A DNA stretch of 32,000 nucleotides from Candidatus Saccharimonadota bacterium. Lineage in GTDB: Archaea > Nanohalarchaeota > Nanosalinia > Nanosalinales > Nanosalinaceae. Positions 24,884 through 31,502 of the stretch are shown here, in pieces. Within the stretch, counting starts at the first letter, position 1, and each line of letters begins with the position of its first letter. Under the pieces are notes generated by a model, which did no database searches, was not told the origin of the DNA, and was given only the letters and a program-made list of their open reading frames with translations. The stretch covers positions 690,001 to 722,000 of the forward strand of contig NZ_CP107255.1 in assembly GCF_029232205.1 (NCBI RefSeq), in the 5' to 3' direction. The translations under genes were made by a program, and so were the position numbers.

Positions 24884-26029
24884 CTAGTCAGAGTAGCGTT
24901 CGATGACTTCAGCCAGGCCCAGAGAGTAATCTGCTGCGCTGTCGGCTGTTGCGTAAGGCATGTCGCGGCCTTCAAGTTCTTGTTCAACAGGCATGCCTTC
25001 CTGGGCTACGAAAGCAGTTTGAGGGCCTTCAAGTATATCACCTGATTTATCTCCCATGCTGACTATCACGTACTCAGTTCCGTCTTCAGTAATCATATCG
25101 GCCCGGTACTTTGCTCCGTGCTCCTTTGAAACACCTATATCTGTTCTCTGGAAGTCTGTGGAGAAATCAGGGTTGTGATCTGTTTCGAAGCTAGTTCCTT
25201 CTGCGATGTCATCCATGAAATCCTGAAACATTTCGAGGTACTCTTCATCAGAGAGATCTGACCTTCCAAGAGAGTTCTCGGTTATTCTTACGTTCTGATC
25301 TCCAGTAGATTCCCATCTAATTCCAACAAGCGGGTACTCCTGTGTTAAAGCATCTGACAGAGCACTTACAGCATTGTCGGAAGAGAGATCAATCACCATT
25401 GAATCTCCCTGCAGAGTATAGGTCTGATCGCTAACTTCTTCACGCTCTTCCAGATACTCTAAAAGAGAGTCCATAGAGAAGTCCTGCCGAGAAGACTCCG
25501 CCATAGGATTTTTATACAGATCTGATCGAACACCTTCACCATACATGCATCCTGTCACAGCGCTAACATTTCCCTGTTCCTGTAGCGTCATCCCTCTGCT
25601 TGCAGCTTCCAGCCATGCATCTCTTCTGAAATCAAGTATCTGTTCCATACCTACATCAACAGTGCTATACGTATCTCCATCTATTTGAGCTACCGCTCCT
25701 AGCTCACCAACATGATCCATGTCAACTCCAAGCTTCTCAGAGGCAACAAAATCCAGCGTAGAAAGATCCCACCCTGAAAGCATAGAAACACCGGTTTCAG
25801 AAACCTGATCCAGCCAACTAATAGCCTCCTTAACACCCTGATGCGTCTCGTAATCTGTAGACTCTTTATCAACTATAGGCCCGTTCATATCAACATACGG
25901 AACAATCACATCCGGCTCCAACCCTTTATTTCTCAAAACACTTTCTATATCATCTGCTACTTGCTCTACTTTATGTTCAGCTACTTCTGCTTCCTCAGCA
26001 GCTTTTCTGGTGGAGCCATGTAAACTCAT
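24884..26029 (-). CDS. Hypothetical acidic protein (weak HAD-like motifs only)
   Basis: 381-aa ORF. VPYVDMNGPIV and SMGDKSGD loosely resemble HAD motifs I and IV, but the second Asp of motif I is Asn, so I make no functional call. Confidence 0.55.
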   Translation of the reverse strand: MSLHGSTRKAAEEAEVAEHKVEQVADDIESVLRNKGLEPDVIVPYVDMNGPIVDKESTDYETHQGVKEAISWLDQVSETGVSMLSGWDLSTLDFVASEKLGVDMDHVGELGAVAQIDGDTYSTVDVGMEQILDFRRDAWLEAASRGMTLQEQGNVSAVTGCMYGEGVRSDLYKNPMAESSRQDFSMDSLLEYLEEREEVSDQTYTLQGDSMVIDLSSDNAVSALSDALTQEYPLVGIRWESTGDQNVRITENSLGRSDLSDEEYLEMFQDFMDDIAEGTSFETDHNPDFSTDFQRTDIGVSKEHGAKYRADMITEDGTEYVIVSMGDKSGDILEGPQTAFVAQEGMPVEQELEGRDMPYATADSAADYSLGLAEVIERYSD

Positions 26030-26218
26030 TTGTTATCTCAAGATAACAATAATCCGCCAGTTTTAATAACATGTTCTTTAACCAGCCAGGAACCAAACAC
26101 CATACCAAAAAATCAATGCTACTCGAGGAATATGCTACAAAACTTGAGAAAAATTAAACTCATTAAGGGACTGGAGGTCAACAAAGACTCCGACCCCTAG
26201 AACCTCCAAAAGGAGGCC

Positions 26219-26977
26219 TTGAGCAGGTCTATCCACTACACCTCACAAATGCAGCAGGAACCTATAAACAACAATCCAGATGACAACCTTAAATACCAGA
26301 CCCCGACAGAAAGATTAAACCCGAAGGCCGTCAAAAACAGTTTACTTAACATGACAGTTACTGAAGAAGTGATCGATAACTACCTGATCTGGGAACTCTG
26401 CAAACAGAAAGACATTCAGAGAAAGATTATGCAAGGCCTTGACGGCAGAAAACTAAAAAGAGAAATAGTGGAAAAAGTCCAGGAAGACTACCGCAGCAAG
26501 GCCTACAGCCTCAGCGAGAAAAAAGAACTGGTCAGGGAAATCTCCAGCAACCCGAAATACCGGCTGAAAAACTTCGAAGGCTGCAACTGGAAAAAGGAAA
26601 AAATAGAGATTGAGGATCTAGGCCCTACTATCCCTCGCGCAGGAGATCTGCCTCCAGAAGTTATCACAGGCAACATTCCCAAAGTAGCAAAATTCGTGGA
26701 AGATGCAGATCCAGAAAAATACCACAGCGTCAGATATATCAGAAAACTGGCACAATATCCTGAAATAATCAACGAATTCAGGCCCTCAGTTCTCTCACCA
26801 GGCAGCACAATCAGACAGATACAGAAAATGAACAGAGTACACGGAGAAAAAGACTGGCAAATCCAAGAAACCTACGGAGCCATAGACGACGGAAACCACC
26901 GAACAACAGCCAGAATACTAGGCGAAGGCCTGGAAGAAATAGAATGCTACATAGGCCATCCAAAAGAAGAATACTAG
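26219..26977 (+). CDS. ParB/sulfiredoxin-fold (ParB N-terminal nuclease-like) domain protein
   Basis: The C-terminal YGAIDDGNHRTTARILGEGLEEIECYIG matches the ParBc core (y.iiDG.HR..A....G...i...v). The listed start is TTG at 26219; an ATG at 26249 (MQQEP...) is an alternative. GGCC density is core-like. Confidence 0.5.
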   Translation: MSRSIHYTSQMQQEPINNNPDDNLKYQTPTERLNPKAVKNSLLNMTVTEEVIDNYLIWELCKQKDIQRKIMQGLDGRKLKREIVEKVQEDYRSKAYSLSEKKELVREISSNPKYRLKNFEGCNWKKEKIEIEDLGPTIPRAGDLPPEVITGNIPKVAKFVEDADPEKYHSVRYIRKLAQYPEIINEFRPSVLSPGSTIRQIQKMNRVHGEKDWQIQETYGAIDDGNHRTTARILGEGLEEIECYIGHPKEEY

Positions 26978-27242
26978 ATCAGAGGATAGCAAACACATCA
27001 ACGCAAGAATTTCCGGATTCGACAAACTATTCGAACACAGAATACCAAAAGGCGCGCCTATAGTAGTCGACGAATTCCTAGCTGACGGAGTAATAATACT
27101 CTACAACCTCAAACAAGACGGCGTCAGACAAAGAGCAGCAGAAATACTCAAAATGAGAGGTGCCAAACACGACGAAAGAATGGCCGCAACGAACATAACC
27201 AGCCAAGGCATCAAAATCTACCCCGACCAAAAAATACTGTAA
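26955..27242 (+). pseudogene. Remnant of a KaiC/RadA-like (RecA-superfamily, COG0467-type) ATPase with the ATPase core deleted
   Basis: The frame is open from 26955 to the TAA at 27240-27242 but has no start codon. It translates to ..INARISGFDKLFEHRIPKGAPIVV|DEFLADGVIILYNLKQDGVRQRAAEILKMRGAKHDERMAATNITSQGIKIYPDQKIL. The first part matches the KaiC-like N-terminus that precedes Walker A (r.sTGi.gLD.ll.GGip.gs..lv). The second part matches the family C-terminus (aDGvi.L......g...R.l.i.KmRG..h......f.It..Gi.v.p). Walker A/B and everything between are missing. Confidence 0.55.
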
Positions 27243-27443
27243 ACTCCTCAAAGAAGCCTCTTTGAGAAGAAAGCCAGGAAGATCTACAAACGCGAAGAAA
27301 ATCAAATAAGAATACTACATTAATTATCAGAGAACAGAAATTTGCTGATTCTCTTGTATATTATTGCTGCTAATAGCCGTCTGAAGAAGTTTTTTATCTC
27401 AAGAATGAAGGAAAATAAGAATAGGTGATAATAAGAGAAACAA

Positions 27444-28001
27444 CTACTTTCTCAGATATGTTGCCAGAGTGACCTTTTCAGTCCTTGTTTTCTCGACTTC
27501 TCGCGTCTTAGTCACAGTTCTTTCTCTCTGAACGTCCTCATAATAAGTCTCTTGTTTAGTTCCAGGACTTACTCTGGCTTGAGTACAGTCTCTTTCTAAA
27601 TCAGCCTCAGTGCTTGCAGAGAACTCTACAGATTCTCCAGCAGGGACATAGTTTTGATCTGAAAGAGTCAATTCTGCTGAAGAAGATGTACAAGTATCAA
27701 AAGCAACTTCAAAGTTTCCTCCTTCGTTATCAGTATTTCTGACATCAATAGATACTGTGTCGCTCCCAAACCCAAGAGGTGCCTCACCTAAAGTAAAATC
27801 AAAAGTCTCATATTCTAGGTCAACCGTTCTTTCTCTAGCTACTTGTTCAGTATATGTTTCTGTCGTTTCATATGGCTCAGCTTCTGTATAAGTTTGTTCA
27901 ACAGGCATAACAGGAACAGCAAAAGCCCCTAAACCTACAATTATTAATCCTAAAACTCCAAATCCGCCATAAACTTGCTTTTTATCGAAAGTATTAGACA
28001 T
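27444..28001 (-). CDS. Membrane-anchored T/E-rich extracellular protein (Ig-like beta domain)
   Basis: I place the start at ATG 28001 (MSNTFDKKQVYGGFGVLGLIIVGLGAFAVPVMP = N-terminal anchor). The beta-rich core IDVRNTDNEGGNFEVAF is flanked by two RERTV-containing segments (VARERTVDLEYE and VQRERTVTKTRE). No family recognised. Confidence 0.55.
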   Translation of the reverse strand: MSNTFDKKQVYGGFGVLGLIIVGLGAFAVPVMPVEQTYTEAEPYETTETYTEQVARERTVDLEYETFDFTLGEAPLGFGSDTVSIDVRNTDNEGGNFEVAFDTCTSSSAELTLSDQNYVPAGESVEFSASTEADLERDCTQARVSPGTKQETYYEDVQRERTVTKTREVEKTRTEKVTLATYLRK

Positions 28002-28210
28002 AACGACAATATCACACATTAACCTTAACAAATTTTCGTTAAATACAGTCCGCGACAAAAACACTTAGAATACCAAACAAAACAGCGTAGAACCCTATCA
28101 GCATAACAAGCGAAATGAGCTCCAGGGAGAACCCAACAAACTTATTCTAAGAAGCCTGGTGTTTTTACACTCTACAACCAGTCTAAACCTTCAAAGCCCA
28201 AAAATCGAAG

Positions 28211-28222
28211 AAAGTTTAAAAG
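28211..28222 (+). promoter_or_regulatory. TATA-like box (aaagtttaaaag) for the 28243 gene
   Basis: It ends 21 bp upstream of the ATG at 28243 and has the same GTTTAAA core as the PTS promoters. This supports the ATG at 28243 over the GTG at 28159. Confidence 0.4.
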
Positions 28223-28242
28223 CTACTTCAAAATACGTTTTT

Positions 28243-28992
28243 ATGGATATTACTATGAGTAAGACGGTCAGTTGGATATTTGGAGTTTTATTAATTCTCG
28301 CAGGGCTGGGAGCGCTTACTACAAGCCCTATTGCAGGAATAATTTACTTCCTTACAGGTATTTTCTTGATACCGAATATAAGGCAAGAGATAGATCAGAG
28401 ATATAATATAACCTTCTCAAGATGGGTGGTTGTTCTGGTAACAGTGATTGGATTAGGCTTAGGTGCGGCAATGATGCCAGGAGATGCTACATCGCCAACA
28501 AGCAACAATACGAACAACCAAGAACCAGCACGAGACACAGGAAGCCAAGATAGTTCACAGCCTAGCAAAGAAGATAGAACTCACGAAATTGGCACCGAAT
28601 TTACAGTTGGAGATGTTAGATACAGAGTAAATGGTGTGACAACGAGACAAGAGATTGGAGAAAGAGTAGCAGGTACCCTCATGGGCGTGGAGGCAAATGG
28701 AAAATTCCTGATAGTGGATACGACAGTGATGAATGAAGCAAACGAAGCAATCACAATGAGAGAATCTAGTCTCAAAGTAATGATCGGCGATTCAGAGTAC
28801 AGCCCAAGTTCAGAAGCATGGGTATACATGGACGACAGCTTCACATTCGAGCAGCTCAATCCAGGAGTACAAGTAGATGGCGATGTTGCCTACGATGTGC
28901 CAGCATCAGCAAACACAAGCTCGATGAAGCTTGAAGTAAATCCAGTAGGAGTCTTCTCAACAGCAGAACCACACTACGTTAGCTTAGGGTAA
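28243..28992 (+). CDS. Membrane-anchored DUF4352-like (Ig-fold) extracellular protein
   Basis: Two N-terminal TM helices (VSWIFGVLLILAGLGALTT, IAGIIYFLTGIFLIP), a third (WVVVLVTVIGLGLGAAMM), and a low-complexity linker. Then GTEFTVGDVRYRVNGV..ANGKFLIVDTTVMNEANEAITMRESSLKVMIGDSEYSPS..VDGDVAYDVP, which follows the DUF4352 pattern. Confidence 0.6.
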   Translation: MDITMSKTVSWIFGVLLILAGLGALTTSPIAGIIYFLTGIFLIPNIRQEIDQRYNITFSRWVVVLVTVIGLGLGAAMMPGDATSPTSNNTNNQEPARDTGSQDSSQPSKEDRTHEIGTEFTVGDVRYRVNGVTTRQEIGERVAGTLMGVEANGKFLIVDTTVMNEANEAITMRESSLKVMIGDSEYSPSSEAWVYMDDSFTFEQLNPGVQVDGDVAYDVPASANTSSMKLEVNPVGVFSTAEPHYVSLG

Positions 28993-29181
28993 AAAACCCT
29001 TTTTCCCTCTCTTTTTGAAGCGAAACAGAATACAGTTTTTGCCTGTAGCAGCCCGCGGTATAAGAAACTTTAAGCCCCGAGAGGGCCACCACGCCTTTAT
29101 GAATAGTCTATGTCAATATGCAGGTATTATAGACTTGCAACTCGGTTCTTATAAGTTATTTGATTGCTAGAGTTATTAATT

Positions 29182-29325
29182 ATGGTTAAAGTACAAGAAG
29201 GTTCCAATGGACAAAGACTAATCACCATTCCACGAGAACTGGCAAGAGCTATGGGTATCAAAAAGGGAGAAGAATTGGAATTTTCAGTTAGAGACGAGAA
29301 GAGTTTAGTACTTACAAAAACCTAA
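29182..29325 (+). CDS. AbrB/SpoVT/MazE-type swapped-hairpin DNA-binding micro-protein (47 aa); absent from the ORF track because it is under 60 aa
   Basis: The ATG at 29182 to the TAA at 29323-29325 translates to MVKVQEGSNGQRLITIPRELARAMGIKKGEELEFSVRDEKSLVLTKT. This is a near-textbook SpoVT-AbrB domain (..g.r.itIPkelr..lgik.Gdele..v.d.g.ivl.k). Confidence 0.65.
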   Translation: MVKVQEGSNGQRLITIPRELARAMGIKKGEELEFSVRDEKSLVLTKT

Positions 29326-29425
29326 ATACGGAGAATGAACCCTCTTATACAATAAATTCTCATTTAACTCATTAGCTGGATAAGATATTTACAAATACTG
29401 CCCAAAAACATGTATAGACCTATAT

Positions 29426-30049
29426 ATGCCGCTAGCAAGCATTCTACAATCAGGCACTCTCCTTATAGTGACGATATTAGTTTTCTTCACTCCAGGTTTT
29501 ATCTCAATAAAGGTTTACGATCTATTAGTTCCAACTGGAAAAAGAGATTTTTCAAGTTCTGACCTATTTGAAGCATTTGGATACAGTGTTCTGAATTATG
29601 GACTATTCGTAAGTATGGGCTATGTATTCTACATATCCAATCTTTTCGAAAACCCAGTTGCTCTCGGATTCTACGTAGTATTTGCTTTATTCATTGCTCC
29701 TGCAATAGGAGGAGTATTAGTAAAGAATTTACAAAATACCACAGATAGCACAGCATGGGACCATGTGCTTAAAGACGATAAAGGCTACTGGACAATAATA
29801 ACGCTGAATAACGGAAAGAAAATAGCGGGGAAATTTGGAAAGGAGAAGTCTTTTGCCACAACTTACCCTCAAAAAAGAGAAATATATCTAGAGAAGTTAT
29901 ACGACGTGGATGAGAACGGAAAGTTTGGCGATCCTGTTGAAGATTCGAAAGGAATAATAATCTCGGAGGATAATTTTAAGATGATAGAACTATTTAGAAA
30001 AGGTGAAGAAGATGGGAAAGGACAAGAAAAAGAAGGACAAGAAGAATAA
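29426..30049 (+). CDS. Hypothetical membrane protein (three N-terminal TM helices plus a soluble C-terminal domain)
   Basis: TM segments GTLLIVTILVFFTPGFISI, YSVLNYGLFVSMGYVFYI and ALGFYVVFALFIAPAIGGVLV, then a K/E-rich soluble domain. AT-rich with no GGCC. No confident family. Confidence 0.55.
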   Translation: MPLASILQSGTLLIVTILVFFTPGFISIKVYDLLVPTGKRDFSSSDLFEAFGYSVLNYGLFVSMGYVFYISNLFENPVALGFYVVFALFIAPAIGGVLVKNLQNTTDSTAWDHVLKDDKGYWTIITLNNGKKIAGKFGKEKSFATTYPQKREIYLEKLYDVDENGKFGDPVEDSKGIIISEDNFKMIELFRKGEEDGKGQEKEGQEE

Positions 30050-30162
30050 TATCAAAAAGAAAGGAGGGCATCAGCCCAGTGAAGATCCAGGAGAAAAGCC
30101 TTCAGGTCATACAGTTACGCTCTCAGACGAAGAAGACGAGTAATTATTACTCTTTTTCATTT

Positions 30163-30924
30163 TTAGGAATCTTGACCACTATAAGCTGCCTCATAAGCTC
30201 TTTCTCCACTTCCTATAGTCGAGCTCTCTGAAAGTTGACATCCAGACAAGGCTTCCATTACTACATTCAGATCCTCGGGAAGATCCTCATGTTTCCAGCT
30301 CAGTATTAAAATCTCTCTAAATAGTATTCGGATAAACAGCTCGTGGATAGTTAGATCGTTGCCATCTAACGTGCTAGCAGCGTATACTTTGAAGAACTCT
30401 TTCAGATTTTCATTGTCCTCCGCAACTTGTTCAAACTTTTGATACTTGTCTCTCATCTCCTGTTCAAAACTTGATAATGCCCCGCTTATTCGTTCCTCAA
30501 CCTCTTCAAAGTCTATCGATGATTGACCTTCGGGAGCGTAATCCTCTTCATTTTCTTTTATCGACGAAATCATGTCTTGAAGTGCGTCTTGTTTCGTAAC
30601 TTTTTCACCTTCTCTATCAGTGAATGTTACATCCAGTAAGTATAGTACATAATTCTTCCAGCTTTGATAGAATGCGTTATAATTCAGCTTATAATATTGG
30701 GCTTTGGTTCTTTTTCCTCTTTCCAAGAATCCTGCATCCCGTAATTGTTTGATGTAATTAGCTACAGATTCCTTTGATGTGCTATAGCCCATGTTGTTGA
30801 GCCTTTCAGTTACCTCCTTCGAGTAAAGCTGTGAGTTTGATAGATTGTAGATATGTAGGATATTGTAGGCCATTTCCGAAGTATAGAGCTTTCTCAGTTC
30901 CTCATCAAAGGAATAATCTGGCAT
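30163..30924 (-). CDS. Winged helix-turn-helix DNA-binding protein with a long helical C-terminal domain
   Basis: YSKEVTERLNNMGYSTSKESVANYIKQLRDAGFLERGKRTKAQYYKLN is a classic wHTH (recognition helix plus basic wing). I prefer the start at ATG 30924 (MPDYSF) because a TTAATAA TATA-like element lies ~26 bp upstream. The ORF-track start is 30945. Confidence 0.6.
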   Translation of the reverse strand: MPDYSFDEELRKLYTSEMAYNILHIYNLSNSQLYSKEVTERLNNMGYSTSKESVANYIKQLRDAGFLERGKRTKAQYYKLNYNAFYQSWKNYVLYLLDVTFTDREGEKVTKQDALQDMISSIKENEEDYAPEGQSSIDFEEVEERISGALSSFEQEMRDKYQKFEQVAEDNENLKEFFKVYAASTLDGNDLTIHELFIRILFREILILSWKHEDLPEDLNVVMEALSGCQLSESSTIGSGERAYEAAYSGQDS

Positions 30925-30977
30925 ATTAGAGGTATAATATGTCAAGATTAATAAGAGTTGAGGTTATGTTGTTCTAC
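30925..30977. promoter_or_regulatory. Compact bidirectional promoter with one shared, near-palindromic TATA element (gattaataag, 30946-30955)
   Basis: The element is centred ~26 bp from the minus-strand ATG (30924) and ~28 bp from the plus-strand ATG (30978). Read on either strand it gives a TTAATAA/CTTATTAATC TATA-like box at the distance expected for leaderless transcripts. Confidence 0.4.
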
Positions 30978-31169
30978 ATGACCAGCTCATCTAGTCAAAT
31001 TAAAGGTAAAAAATCCCAAGTTAAATCTAGTTCATTCACTCTTCACATGACAGATGAAATGAAGGACAACCTCAACAAAACATCAAGAACCACAGGATTA
31101 GGAATGGCAGAAATCGTAAGAAGAGGTATTCACAGCCAATTAAATCAGCTTAAGGAGGAGTCAGAATGA
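30978..31169 (+). CDS. Ribbon-helix-helix (CopG/Arc-like) DNA-binding protein
   Basis: SSSFTLHMTDEMKDNLNKTSRTTGLGMAEIVRRGIHSQLNQL has the beta-strand/helix/G-turn/helix layout of RHH proteins. I place the start at the internal ATG 30978; the ORF-track start 30939 would sit inside the divergent promoter. Confidence 0.6.
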   Translation: MTSSSSQIKGKKSQVKSSSFTLHMTDEMKDNLNKTSRTTGLGMAEIVRRGIHSQLNQLKEESE

Positions 31170-31255
31170 AGCAAGACCTTGACACACAACTAGAAAACCT
31201 CATAGAAAAGAAAATGAGAGAACTCAGCCAACAATCTGAGTCTCAAAAACTCTAG
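31166..31255 (+). CDS. Possible 29-aa helical micro-protein coupled to the upstream RHH gene
   Basis: The ATG at 31166 overlaps the TGA at 31167-31169 (ATGA). It translates to MKQDLDTQLENLIEKKMRELSQQSESQKL. The only support is the coupling geometry and the lack of alternatives in this gap. Confidence 0.3.
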   Translation: MKQDLDTQLENLIEKKMRELSQQSESQKL

Positions 31256-31298
31256 AAAAACAGATCTGATCTCCAGTCAGACACTCGCGATTCAAACA

Positions 31299-31502
31299 AT
31301 GACATCACTAATAACCGAATTTAAAAACAGTTCCGAATCGGCCAACAACGGGCCAAAACACCAACTAACAGTCAGATTCACTTCGAGACAAATAAGAAAA
31401 ATCGAGAAATTATCTAGAAACTCAAACATTTCTCTAGCAGAATCATGCAGAAGAATTGTCTCAGAAGGCCTTAAACAAAGAGGTGAAAGATTCCATGGCT
31501 GA
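31299..31502 (+). CDS. Ribbon-helix-helix (CopG-like) DNA-binding protein
   Basis: HQLTVRFTSRQIRKIEKLSRNSNISLAESCRRIVSEGLKQ has the RHH layout. Its 3' end overlaps the next gene's ATG (31495) by 8 nt. Confidence 0.6.
   Translation: MTSLITEFKNSSESANNGPKHQLTVRFTSRQIRKIEKLSRNSNISLAESCRRIVSEGLKQRGERFHG

Noticed and set aside
27247-27266. 8-bp stem / 4-nt loop hairpin (ctcaaaga-agcc-tctttgag) right after the KaiC-like remnant, considered as a terminator
   Set aside because: No oligo-T tract follows it. Archaeal termination relies mainly on T-runs, and the upstream frame is probably a dead gene, so I cannot support a functional call.
28159-28242. GTG-initiated 28-codon extension of the DUF4352-like gene
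   Set aside because: The extension contains the aaagtttaaaag promoter-like box, and the hydrophobic N-terminus starts after the ATG at 28243.
29041-29100. GC-rich patch (gcagcccgcggtataag...ccccgagagggccaccacgcc) inside the AT-rich segment, considered as a tRNA fragment or att site
   Set aside because: I could not fold any tRNA arm (no T-loop GTTCRANYC motif), and I found no matching repeat elsewhere in the window.
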